The notes under the pieces were generated by a model. That model searched no databases and was not told where the DNA came from. It was given only the letters and a program-made list of their open reading frames with translations. Source: an uncultured Methanobacteriaceae archaeon (GTDB lineage: Archaea > Methanobacteriota > Methanobacteria > Methanobacteriales > Methanobacteriaceae). From it: 32,000 bases of DNA. A program made the position numbers and the translations under genes. The DNA is taken from positions 291,058 to 323,057 of the forward strand of contig CAWHRV010000008.1 of NCBI GenBank assembly GCA_963831915.1, written 5' to 3'. Positions 20,896-30,586 of the stretch are shown piece by piece (the stretch's first letter is position 1; every line of letters starts with the position of its first letter).

Positions 20896-22039
20896 TTTTG
20901 TTTATTTTTAAAGATATTTAATTTGAAGAATTTATTTTAAGTACAGAATCCTTGGAGTTAAATAGTTTTCACCTAGAATTCAATTCTGTGAATTATTTGA
21001 TGTTAATAATATACTCAAAATATGGATTGATACTAAAATGTTCTCAAAAGCTTTAAATTAAGAATTATGTTCAAATATCGCGAATCTAATTGAAATGAAC
21101 AAAATTTAATTTAAAATCTATTACTGGTCAAATTATCGAGTATAACTCCAAAAAATCGCTTTTCCTATTTGTATTTACATAGAAAAACTTAATAATACAA
21201 AAGGAGAGAAAGGGAAATTAGTAATAAATTGCTAAAAATTGTAGGGGGAAGGGAATCGATAGAATACAAGAAATATGTTTTTAAATTTATTATTGAAAAT
21301 TTTAAGGGGGGAAAATTTTTGAATATAAGAAAGAAAAGCTTGATAATATTGCTCATGATGGTTTTTTTTATTTTTATGGGAGCAGCCAGTGCAGCAAGCA
21401 CAGATAAAAACGTTAATTTAAATGATAAACGATTCAGCACTGTAAATTTACCTTTTGTAGAGAATCATGGCCAAATAGCAGATAAAACTGTAAAATACTC
21501 AGCAAACACATTTATAGGCAATGTCTATGTGAAAGACAAGGGGATTGTCTACTCATTAACAAAGGACAAAAAGGGATGGATAGTTACTGAAAGTTTCTTG
21601 AAAGCCAATGACGTAACTGTAAAAGGCAAAAATCCTACAAAAACTAAGGTGAACTACTACAAAGGAAAAAATGTACAGAAAAATCTGGCAACCTATTCTA
21701 CAGGTGCAGTATACAAATCTTTACAAGGGGTTAATCTGAACCTTAAAGCTCATGGTAAAAATATTGAAAAGATTTATACCATTGGAAGCCTAGGAAGTCC
21801 CACCAGTATTTGGGTGAAAGTAACAGGTTCAAAAGGGTCTGAAAATTAACAAAAAAGGTGAACTGGAAATTTTAAATGGTAAAAGTGCATTAAAACTTAC
21901 CAAACCAGTTGCTTATCAAATAATCAACGGGAAAAAAGTATTTGTACCGGTTTCATACGTTGTTAAAAATACTAGCTACGGATACAAAACAGGAGCCTAC
22001 AACAAAAAATACAATCTGATAATTGATCCTTTACTATCC

Positions 22040-23549
22040 AGCACATTCCTCGGAGGCAACAGCTACGATAATGCACAAGGTAGTAGCAGTTGATCAAGAA
22101 GGAAACGTATATGTAGCAGGATATACCGGTTCTACTCATTTTCCATACCCACTGGTTCATACCAGCCCAATATCAATGGTCAAGAATGGGATGTATTCGT
22201 GTCCAAATTTGATAGTACCTCTAACTAATTTAATAGCTCAACTTATATTGGTGGAAACGATAGTGATCAAGCTTATGGTATTGCATTAGATCAAAATGGA
22301 CTACCAGGATGTAATGTATTTATAACAGGTATAACCTACTCAAACGAAGCAACTTCCCTTGGTTTCCCAGTTACAGTTGGATCATATGACACAACCTACA
22401 ATGGTGGAGGTGATGCATTTGTTTCCAAACTTAGCAATGATTTGAGTAATTTAGAAGCAAGTACATATTTAGGTGGATATCAGCTAATGGACTTGATCGG
22501 TCAAATGCCATAATAGTAGATGCATCCAACAACGTTTACATAACTGGACAAACTTTTTCATCTACTTTTCCAATAGTATCATACCGCATATCAAGAAACT
22601 AAAAGTGGAAATGGTGATGTATTTGTTTCAAAATTCAACAATGCACTTAGTAATTTAACAGCCAGCACATTTATAGGTGGTAATGGGGAGGATATAGGAT
22701 ATGCTCTGGCTACTGATCAGCAAAACTATATTTATGTAACCGGAGCAACTAACTCGGATGATTTCCCAGTAAAAAATTATCAAGGTGTTGTTTTAATTAA
22801 TAATACTCCATTTAATAATGGATACAAAGGAGAGTATGATGCATTCATTGTCAAATTAGCAAAACAACATCTCGAAAAATTAGAAGCAAGTAGCTTACTT
22901 GGAGGAACAGAAAGAGATGAAGGTCGGGGCATTGCTGTAGATCCACTTGGTAGAGTTTACATTGTAGGAGGAACATGGTCAAACAATATACCGATGGAAC
23001 GCATATCAGACAACAAATGGGGCTAAACAACGAAATAATAGGGGAATGGAAGATGCATTTTTAATTATATTCGATAAACAAATTCAAACTGTTTTGAGCA
23101 GCACATATCTAGGTGGAAATGGTATTGACATTGCCAATGGCATAATTGTTATCAGACCAGGGAAATATTGGTATTATAGGTACAACTAATTCAACCCTAA
23201 ACTTCTATAACGAACCTAGCAACAGGTGATATTACACCTCATGGTTATGGAAGATGTTTTCTTCACTGCATTCACAAATCCAATGACTGCTCAAGAAAAA
23301 GTTGAAACCACATTCTTAGGAGGGTCTAATGCAGATTATGGACAAGCTATTGCTATATCTGAAGCTTTATGATACAACTAACTTTGGAGATGGTATATTT
23401 AGCAGGGAATACTTGGTCAAACGATTATCCAACCACAATAGGTGCTTATCAACTACTGCACCAGATGATTATCTGCAGTATAGTAGATGATGCATTTGTG
23501 TCAAAACTGGATAACTTATTTGATACACAAGCTCCAATTGTAGGCCCAT
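22040..23549 (+). repeat. Seven tandem beta-propeller (SBBP-type) blade repeats, about 65-70 codons each, inside the pseudogene
   Basis: A recurrent pattern is seen 7 times across frames: S-T-[FY]-[LI]-G-G...D.G.[GA]IA.D..GN.Y[VI].G.T.S..FP...[GA]YQ...D[AV]F[VIL]SK. Examples: STFLGGNSYDNAQ..VAVDQEGNVYVAGYTGSTHFP..WDVFVSKFDS; ASTFIGGNGEDIGYALATDQQNYIYVTGATNSDDFP..YDAFIVKLAK; [48 protein letters not shown]. Confidence 0.75.
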
Positions 23550-24820
23550 ACTGATCCTGCAAACAATGCAGTGAATGTGCCATTAAACAAAGTAATCAAA
23601 ATCGTATTCAATGAAAAAATACAAGAAGGAAGTAACTTTGAATCGGTGGGGATTACGTCTATTAACACTGAATGGAGTAAATACTCCAATATCAAATATA
23701 AACATTTTGGGTACTTCACTTAATACACTAATCATAACTCCATAACGAATCTTTTACCAACAACCAATTACATACTTAAAATACCGTTAATGCAATTCAA
23801 GACTATAATGGTAACATTGGAAATGAATTCACCCTTAGTTTCAAAACAATTGATGCACTAACCGTAATAAGCACAAATCCAGTAAACAGTGCAATTAATG
23901 TTGTAGGAAACACACCAATTAAAATCACATTCAACAAAAATATAAAACAGGTCCAAATTACAACTTAATAGTCCTGAAAAACAGTGCACAAGTAACTATA
24001 CCAATAACTAAAACAATCAGTGATAATGTCTTAACCATTACCCCAACTGGGAACCTAACCCCTGGAACATACACCCTAACATTACCAATAAACAGTATTT
24101 TAGACCTAACTAACACAGGATTAACTTCAGCTCCTTTCACAACAAGTTTCACAGTAACCTCTCCAACAATAACCAGCACAGACCCTGTCAATAACGCATT
24201 AAATGTTCCAACCAACAAACTTTTAGTCAGTAACATTCAACAGACCACAATAAAATTAGGTCCTGGTTCAATTCAGCTCAAATCAAGCAGTGGAATAGTT
24301 ATACCAATAACATTCTCCATAACCAATAACATTCTATTCATTTACCATACAACCCAACTTCTAGCAACAAACACATTATACACACTAACATTAAATCCTA
24401 ATAGTATAACAGATCTAGCAGGAAATGGTTTAACAACACAATATATTACACAATTTAAAACAGTAAGCACAGCAACTTCAGCACTATCAAAAACACCAGT
24501 AAATATTGCTCCAACGGTAATCAGTACAAATCCTGTTAAAAATGCAGTGAATATTCCAACAAACAAAGTAATCAAAATCAACTTCAGCGAAGCCATTAAA
24601 TTCGGAACAAATTCATGGATTGAACTAAAAACTTCCAGTGGAAAAGCAATATCATTCACTAAAACCATAACAGGCAGCACACTCATCATAACACCAACCA
24701 CAAAGCTAGCAAAGGGAACAACATACACAGTTATCATACACACCAACAGTATAACCGATTTAACTAGGAAAAGGTTTAGCAACATCATACACCACCAAAT
24801 TTAAAACAGGAACTGTATAA
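23550..24820 (+). repeat. Four tandem Ig-like (Big_5/SbsA_Ig-type) domain repeats of about 100-115 codons
   Basis: Units start near 23550 ([22 protein letters not shown]), 23870 (STNPVNSAINVVGNTPIKITFNK), 24175 (STDPVNNALNVPTNKLLV) and 24523 (STNPVKNAVNIPTNKVIKINFSE). Each ends with ...T.Y.[LV]....SI.DL.G.GL. The DNA of units 1 and 4 is visibly similar (AATGCAGTGAAT...AACAAAGTAATCAAAATC). Confidence 0.75.
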
Positions 24821-24971
24821 ACATTTAAGAGAGTATAAATTCTCTTATTTTATTTTTTTTAAAAGAAGTTAAATTCAAAAGAAATAGACATATATTTTTC
24901 TATTAGATTCATATTACAATATTGATTTGATAATTAACATTACATAATATAATGTTTTTTAAAATAATAAT

Positions 24972-25232
24972 TCAAGGAAAATTTTTTTTTCTTCCATTAA
25001 AAATTTTTCTTCTCCAATTCTTCTTCCAAAGATCAAGCCGGTCCTCAAGTTCTTCAACCAATTTACCCATTTTTCCAACCATTTGAAGAGTATTAAATGT
25101 CCAGTTTGCTACCAATTTGTTTTCCATTTCTCCCTTTTCAATGCAACGGGTCATTATATCTCCTAAACTCTTAACCTCATCCAGTATTTCGAAAACCTTT
25201 TTTTCTTCAGACATCAACATTCCCCCAATCAA
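24972..25232 (-). CDS. Small hypothetical protein (about 80 aa; start uncertain at 25232, 25220 or 25214)
   Basis: ORF track only. GGGGGA precedes the internal ATGs. Helical, charged sequence with no recognisable motif. Downstream of and co-oriented with the DUF169 gene. Confidence 0.35.
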   Translation of the reverse strand: MIGGMLMSEEKKVFEILDEVKSLGDIMTRCIEKGEMENKLVANWTFNTLQMVGKMGKLVEELEDRLDLWKKNWRRKIFNGRKKNFP

Positions 25233-25355
25233 GTTTTATTACTAATAATCTGTGGTTCAGAAGAATTATAATTTTCTGAATCTAATAAATAGTATTTAAG
25301 AGTTAAAACAAAAAGTATTATAAAAAAAGTATTTAGAGAGTTCTATTTAATGTAA

Positions 25356-26036
25356 TTAAAGCGCCTCTAAAGCGTTTACTACACAGCCAATATTTTCACC
25401 GTTCATTCCAACAATAACATCATCTGGTTGAATATCTGCGAATTTTCTTGAACCACTACATCCTAATGTTATGTTAGGTCTTTTGGTTGTATAGGGCCCT
25501 GCTACAGCATCTCCACAAATGGATTGGATACCTGCAAAGTCTGCTTCAAATCGACCCCCAAGGGTGTATACCATGGCTTGAGCCAACTGCATTGCTTGTT
25601 TAGGATTGCAAATAATAACTACAACGTCCGGATCGTATGGAGCAGTTTCTAAAGGAGCGTATACTATGGCAGACATAATGGGATCTATTTTAGGGATAGC
25701 ATCGACTGTTCTTTTTGCTGAACCCAAACTGGAAAACCTGCCCAAGGAATAGTACATTTCGCCAGATTTAACCTTTTCAGGTGGTTCCATAAGCCCTATT
25801 GCTCCAGCTCCACCTTTACACATTTGTTCTTCCACTGTTGCATAAAATGTGTCGCCTTTTGCTGCTTTTTGTACCATTTCGCAATGTCTTACATTTTCTT
25901 CGATCTTAGGAATCCCCTCTGGAACATCTTCCTCCTTTAAAAGAAGTTTTACTGCAACAGGAGATTTTTCTAATCCCAATTTATCCTTAATCTTCATTGA
26001 TAACTCTTTATACCCGTTTATTTCACAACTACTCAT
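25356..26036 (-). CDS. DUF169-family protein (COG2043-type)
   Basis: ORF track 25356..26069. ATG 26036 is preceded by GAGGTGA. Family call is from the overall pattern (SPVAVKLL...FYAT...CKGGAGA...GCSGSR), from memory. Confidence 0.6.
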   Translation of the reverse strand: MSSCEINGYKELSMKIKDKLGLEKSPVAVKLLLKEEDVPEGIPKIEENVRHCEMVQKAAKGDTFYATVEEQMCKGGAGAIGLMEPPEKVKSGEMYYSLGRFSSLGSAKRTVDAIPKIDPIMSAIVYAPLETAPYDPDVVVIICNPKQAMQLAQAMVYTLGGRFEADFAGIQSICGDAVAGPYTTKRPNITLGCSGSRKFADIQPDDVIVGMNGENIGCVVNALEAL

Positions 26037-26229
26037 GAACTCACCTCTGAATAAATGTTGTGTGAACAATAATATATTTTTATCTTATAACGGCGTGAAG
26101 TATCCATTTCTACTGAAACATCCACTTTTGTATTATTAATAGCTAAAAAAAATAGAAAAAGTTATTTTCAAGTAATCATTAAATTTAACAATAAAGAATT
26201 GATATCAAAAGATATTGGGATGTCCTCAA

Positions 26230-26973
26230 TTATATTCCAGCTGACCTTGCTCCTTCAACCAATTCTTTTATTTTATCTTTGATATTGGAGGTGTTTTCAA
26301 CGACTGTACCTGTAACTATTATGTCTGCACCTGCTTTTGCTACATTAGCTGCGTCTTCACCTGTTCTAATTCCTCCACCTACTATTAAGATGGTATCTGT
26401 GGATTTTTTTACCATTTGAATCATTTCTTCAGGAATGTGCTGATTAGCTCCTGATCCTGCTTCAAGGTAAAGCAGTTTCATCCCCATAAACTCTGCTGCT
26501 ATTGCATAAGCTGATGCTAAGTCTGGTTTGATCCGGGGAATGATTTTTGCGTCCCCAACCCATCCAACTGTTCCCCCAGGTTCAACAACTAAATATCCCA
26601 TGGATATAGTTTCAATACCCATCTTCTTTATCATTGGCGCACCCAAAGCTTGAGCTCCAGTTATCCAGTATGGATTACTTGAGTTTAAAAGGCTCATAAA
26701 AAATATAGCATCCGCATGTTTGCTTACACCACTTATGTTACCTGGAAAAAGAATTATTGGTACATTAACATTTTCTTTAAGAGCTTTTGCAGTTGCATCA
26801 AGCTCAGTGGAGTCAGTTGTTGATCCACCCAACATTATCCCGTCTGTTCCACCGGAAACAGCCTCTTTTGCAATTGAAACCGCCTCATCTGGACTTTGTT
26901 CCTCAGGGTCGAGAAGGGTAAGGTGTATCTTGTGATCCTTTAAGGATTCTCTGATGTAATTTTCAACGTTCAT
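26230..26973 (-). CDS. Geranylgeranylglyceryl phosphate synthase (archaeal ether-lipid synthesis, PcrB/GGGPS family)
   Basis: 247-aa TIM-barrel sequence with HLTLLDPEEQ, GGTDGIMLGGST, YLEAGSGA and IVGGGIRT motifs. Confidence 0.9.
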   Translation of the reverse strand: MNVENYIRESLKDHKIHLTLLDPEEQSPDEAVSIAKEAVSGGTDGIMLGGSTTDSTELDATAKALKENVNVPIILFPGNISGVSKHADAIFFMSLLNSSNPYWITGAQALGAPMIKKMGIETISMGYLVVEPGGTVGWVGDAKIIPRIKPDLASAYAIAAEFMGMKLLYLEAGSGANQHIPEEMIQMVKKSTDTILIVGGGIRTGEDAANVAKAGADIIVTGTVVENTSNIKDKIKELVEGARSAGI

Positions 26974-27113
26974 CTAATCACTCGAGTTCTATTAAAATTG
27001 TTATAAAAAAATACTAAAATCATAAAAAATCAATACAGTTATAAATAAATGAAATAAAGTCCATAATTTAACTTGAAAGGTATAAACCCCCCAGTTAAAT
27101 TAATATGAACTGT

Positions 27114-27260
27114 TTAACCTCTCGGTTCTTTTGCCTTGTACCTTAAGCCCTTGTAACCGCACTTTCTGCATGTTTTAGCGGTTGGAGGGTTTCTTGCGTT
27201 ACATTTAAGGCAAATCTTAATCTTGAACAGTCTATTTTCTGCTTCTTCAAATCTAGCCAT
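27114..27260 (-). CDS. rpl40e: 50S ribosomal protein L40e (48 aa; absent from the ORF track because it is under 60 aa)
   Basis: Own translation: [48 protein letters not shown], with the CxxC...CxxC zinc ribbon. AGGAGG inside the last tsr3 codons serves as the Shine-Dalgarno. Confidence 0.9.
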   Translation of the reverse strand: MARFEEAENRLFKIKICLKCNARNPPTAKTCRKCGYKGLRYKAKEPRG

Positions 27261-27262
27261 TT

Positions 27263-27772
27263 TTAGCCTCCTATAAATCCATTTTGAATCTTTACAACTT
27301 CCGTACTTGTTTTAGCACGGGAATATGCCTCTAATAACTCATGATTGAGTTTTAGAAAATGAGGTCCCCATTTGAACTGGGACATTATTTCAACAGCATT
27401 ATCTTTAAGCCCCACTATATAAAAAGTTGCTGCAATAGCCTCTGCAGTTGAGAGTTTGCAAGGTTTCCCATAGTTGGTCGGATTTGCTGCAACAAGGAAA
27501 GGAAGAGACCTGTGGTATTTTTTACCCTTGAACATGATATTAGACTTTTGTATTCTATTCCATGAACAGTCAAGCCCAACAATACCGTTTTTTTCAACGA
27601 TTTCTCTGTCTTCAGGTGATGCTGATTTTTCTGAGAAGGGATCTAAAACAATAGCCCCCCTAGGTAACATGTTTAGTTTGGGAACTACTTTTATTTTACC
27701 TTGTCTCTGAAGTTTCACTGTAGTGCACTTTTTAGGGTCACACTGTTCTGCATGGTACACTGTTACTTTCAT
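27263..27772 (-). CDS. tsr3: 16S rRNA aminocarboxypropyltransferase Tsr3 (DUF367)
   Basis: [41 protein letters not shown] and [11 protein letters not shown] motifs. Confidence 0.85.
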   Translation of the reverse strand: MKVTVYHAEQCDPKKCTTVKLQRQGKIKVVPKLNMLPRGAIVLDPFSEKSASPEDREIVEKNGIVGLDCSWNRIQKSNIMFKGKKYHRSLPFLVAANPTNYGKPCKLSTAEAIAATFYIVGLKDNAVEIMSQFKWGPHFLKLNHELLEAYSRAKTSTEVVKIQNGFIGG

Positions 27773-27827
27773 TGTTTACATCTCTACCTTAAACTTTCCA
27801 CTATAAAAATCATTGCAATAGATCAGA

Positions 27828-28391
27828 TCATACTTTAAAATTCTTACCATCCTTCCATGCATTTCCCACATGTTCTCCAACTTTCCAGTAATTATTGTCG
27901 GGCATTGTCAACATCAAGGGTTTTATTTTCTTTATATCCAACTTACCCCCGTATAAATATTGTTCTTCAGTGTAAGCGGCCACAGCTTCTCCAATAAAAA
28001 GATCGTTTGTAGGAAGCTCGTGAATATCGAAAAGCTTACATTCAATGGATAGTGGACATTCCATTATCATAGGGGCTGTTTTCAGTTCGCCATAAAAAAC
28101 CTCAAAAATGTTTGATTTATCAGTTTTTCTACCTGAAACCAGACCACAGTAATCTGTTTCAGATATCATTTCCTCTGAGGGAAAGTTTATACTGAATGTT
28201 TTGTTTTCCCTTATATTTTGATTACTGAGATGAAATTTGTTAACAGCAGCTACAAAAAGTGGCGGATTTGCATTAGCCCTTGTTACCCAAGCTAATGTCA
28301 TGAAATTTGGTTTATCTTCGTCTTTTGTACCAAGCAGTGTTATAGGCATTGGTTGAGTGAAAACGTTCGATCCTATATTTATCTTTTTCAT
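27828..28391 (-). CDS. Flavin-reductase-like (FMN-binding split-barrel) protein
   Basis: 187 aa with the pattern PMPITLLGT...NFMTLAWVT....PPLF..AVNK..S...I, typical of flavin reductase-like domain proteins. Judged by eye. Confidence 0.6.
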   Translation of the reverse strand: MKKINIGSNVFTQPMPITLLGTKDEDKPNFMTLAWVTRANANPPLFVAAVNKFHLSNQNIRENKTFSINFPSEEMISETDYCGLVSGRKTDKSNIFEVFYGELKTAPMIMECPLSIECKLFDIHELPTNDLFIGEAVAAYTEEQYLYGGKLDIKKIKPLMLTMPDNNYWKVGEHVGNAWKDGKNFKV

Positions 28392-28434
28392 TTAAGCCAA
28401 CCTCCACTAAAATTAATTGAATATGTTATGGTGT

Positions 28435-29535
28435 TTAAAGTTCTTTCCTTTCATTTTCAAGTATCATTGATACTGCACATCCTGGATTTTTAAGTTCTTC
28501 AAGATCGTAATAACGACCTCCTGAAGCCACAGCTAACTCCATATTCATATCCCTACCATACTTGGCAGACTGTTCAAAGTTAACTAGGATGGTGTGTATT
28601 TCATTGTCATTGAGCTCTGAGGCTATTTTCAATGCATCTTTGGTAGGGTTTTCATCCATTGCAATGTTTGGCATACCATCTGTGAGTATCAACATAATGG
28701 GAACATATTCATCCCTGAATTTTTCCTTTTTAAGTATTTCAAATCCCTTTTTCATCCCAGATGCAAGTGGAGTTGTACCTCCTATTTTGATGTTATCGAT
28801 CTGATCCCTGAATGAATTTGCCCTTTTGGTTGTTGGAATTATAACCATTGCTTCTTTACCTTTAAAACCAACAACACTGATCTTATCCCCTTGGCGTCCT
28901 GCATCCTCAATTACATTGATTAAAATTTCTTTAACTCTTTCAGCTTTTTTTTCTGAGAACATAGATCCACTAATATCAACAACCAGAGCAATTGAAGCCT
29001 TAGCACCGTGCTTTCGTACCTTGTGCCGTATATCTTCGCTTTTAACCTTCATGATTCCTTCAGAGCTCATTGCTGCTGCCCTTAAAGTTGCATCTATTGC
29101 AATATCACTTTTTATGTCCTTTGGAAGTTTACTTTTTACGTATTTACCCTTTTGAGTTGTTGAATCCACCCTTTTTCCGTAAAGTTTCCTCTTTTTTTTA
29201 CCCTTAATTTTAAGCAATTTTTTTATATCAAACCCCTCTTCACATACCTCAACTTCCTCCTCATTTTCAAGGGATTTTAACTTCATACCCCTTTCTTCAG
29301 AATCAGAATCCTCCTCATTTTGGGATCTTCCGTCTTGTTCCATGTCATTTATTTGCTCTTGTCCCCCATGCCCCTGATCTTCATTTTCCTCACAGGAATC
29401 CTGTTTAAGATCATCCTCATTGACATTATCCTCATTTTTTGACTCTTCTTCCTGATCTCCATTCCCATCTTCAGGACTTCCTTGATCTTGAACTGCATGA
29501 TTCCCCCTGGTTATTTTGTCCTTTTTCGGATTCAT
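28435..29535 (-). CDS. VWA-domain protein with a Lys-rich then highly acidic N-terminal linker (equivalent to the C-terminal half of ChlD/BchD-type chelatase subunits)
   Basis: MIDAS motif [14 protein letters not shown] and a VWA fold pattern. The ORF-track frame is open to 29676. The first plausible ATG is 29535 (MNPKKDK...), which overlaps the upstream gene by 65 nt. Confidence 0.75.
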   Translation of the reverse strand: MNPKKDKITRGNHAVQDQGSPEDGNGDQEEESKNEDNVNEDDLKQDSCEENEDQGHGGQEQINDMEQDGRSQNEEDSDSEERGMKLKSLENEEEVEVCEEGFDIKKLLKIKGKKKRKLYGKRVDSTTQKGKYVKSKLPKDIKSDIAIDATLRAAAMSSEGIMKVKSEDIRHKVRKHGAKASIALVVDISGSMFSEKKAERVKEILINVIEDAGRQGDKISVVGFKGKEAMVIIPTTKRANSFRDQIDNIKIGGTTPLASGMKKGFEILKKEKFRDEYVPIMLILTDGMPNIAMDENPTKDALKIASELNDNEIHTILVNFEQSAKYGRDMNMELAVASGGRYYDLEELKNPGCAVSMILENERKEL

Positions 29536-30586
29536 CTTTTTTCTGATTCTCTTTTTCCTCTTTTTTTTTGGATATATCCTCCAGAGCCTTTTGAACCATT
29601 TGATTAATCTTGTTCTTATTTTGAGATGCTTTATGTAACCGTTCACCAAGAACAAGAAGAGCTGCTTCCTCCACATGATCTGTGTTCACTTCTTCCAGGT
29701 TATGACATGCAGCTATAGTTTTTGAAGTTTTTAAAATAGCTATATCTGCCCTGTGACCATCAACTCCCATCTCCATACATACATAAGCAATAATTTCCAT
29801 TATATCCCTTGAGACCTTCACTTTCTTGAGCAGCTGTCTTGCAGTTACAATATTCTCAAGTATTGAATCCTGTTCCGCCTTGTACATCTCCTTGAAAGCG
29901 GAAGGATCCTTTTCAAACTCTTCACGCCTTTCCATTATCTTAACCCGTTGCTCAAGATCCATTATGCTGTGAACTGATATGTGTAGACCAATACGATCCG
30001 AAAGTTGTGGCCTTAACTCTCCCTCTGCAGGGTTCATAGTACCCACAAGCATGAAATTAGATGGGTGTGCAACTGAAATTCCTTCCCTTTCAACCAAATT
30101 CACACCGTAAGCCGCAGCATCAAGTAGTACATCTACCAAGTTATCGTCCAGAAGATTGATTTCATCAACATAAAGAATATTTCTGTTTGCATCAGCAAGA
30201 ATCCCTGGTTCTAATGCTTTTAAACCTTCTTTTAAAGCTTTTTCTATGTTTATGGATCCAACGACCCTATCTTCAGTTGATCCAAGTGGCAGTTCAACCA
30301 CTCTCATACTCTTGGTTTCTACCTCAAAATCTCCGGATTTGCATGAATCACATAGAGAATCTTCATCATCAGGGTCACAATTAAAAGGACACCCCTTGAC
30401 AACTTTAAGAGGAGGTAAAAGGTCTGCTAAGGCCCTAACTGCAGTGGTTTTACCTGTTCCCTTGTCTCCCTTAATCAAAACACCACCAATACTTGGATTG
30501 ATAGCATTCAATATTAAAGCTTTTTTAACGTCTTTCTGACCGACAATTGCTGAAAATGGAAAAATAAGGTTTTTCAATAGTCTCAC
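29471..30586 (-). CDS. ChlI/BchI-type AAA+ ATPase (chelatase I-subunit family)
   Basis: FPFSAIVGQ, Walker [10 protein letters not shown], Walker [25 protein letters not shown] Lys/Glu-rich tail ends at the TGA 29471-29473. Confidence 0.85.
   Translation of the reverse strand: MRLLKNLIFPFSAIVGQKDVKKALILNAINPSIGGVLIKGDKGTGKTTAVRALADLLPPLKVVKGCPFNCDPDDEDSLCDSCKSGDFEVETKSMRVVELPLGSTEDRVVGSINIEKALKEGLKALEPGILADANRNILYVDEINLLDDNLVDVLLDAAAYGVNLVEREGISVAHPSNFMLVGTMNPAEGELRPQLSDRIGLHISVHSIMDLEQRVKIMERREEFEKDPSAFKEMYKAEQDSILENIVTARQLLKKVKVSRDIMEIIAYVCMEMGVDGHRADIAILKTSKTIAACHNLEEVNTDHVEEAALLVLGERLHKASQNKNKINQMVQKALEDISKKKEEKENQKKDESEKGQNNQGESCSSRSRKS

Larger units (their letters stand above)
21319..24820 (+). 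pseudogene. Adhesin-like surface protein gene (signal peptide, DUF7948-like N-domain, 7 SBBP beta-propeller blades, 4 Ig-like domains), heavily frameshifted
   Basis: TTG 21319 after GGGGGG gives a signal peptide NIRKKSLIILLMMVFFIFMGAASAAS. Manual three-frame reading follows one protein across at least 15 frame switches (first ones near 21833, 22080, 22145, 22480, 22590, 23004). There is an in-frame TAA at 22226-22228. The last switch is at A24766 and the final stop at 24818-24820. Confidence 0.8.

Noticed and set aside
21229-21318. The ATG at 21229, given by the ORF track as the start of the adhesin-like gene.
   Set aside because: The first 30 codons (MLKIVGGRESIEYKKYVFKFIIENFKGGKF) precede the obvious signal peptide. 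The G-rich Shine-Dalgarno-like GGGGGG at 21306-21311 sits 7 nt before TTG 21319, so the upstream extension is probably non-coding.
23958-24788. Two minus-strand ORFs (23958..24236 and 24342..24788) encoding very hydrophobic, membrane-protein-like sequences.
   Set aside because: They are antisense to the Ig-like domain repeats. The plus strand there is built from ACN/AAY/CCA/ATH codons, so the complement automatically reads as V/G/L/F-rich and stop-poor. They have no Shine-Dalgarno or promoter context, and the plus-strand reading shows clear domain periodicity.
23550-24820. Regularly spaced repeats that might suggest a CRISPR-like or satellite array.
   Set aside because: The repeat period is about 300-350 bp, the units are only loosely similar, and they translate into Ig-like protein domains. 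No short direct repeats with unique spacers exist anywhere in the window.
18892-24820. The idea that the broken-gene block is a degraded prophage, integrative element or IS-disrupted region.
   Set aside because: I found no integrase, transposase, terminal inverted repeats, tRNA target or flanking direct repeats. The lesions are point indels, not insertions of foreign DNA.
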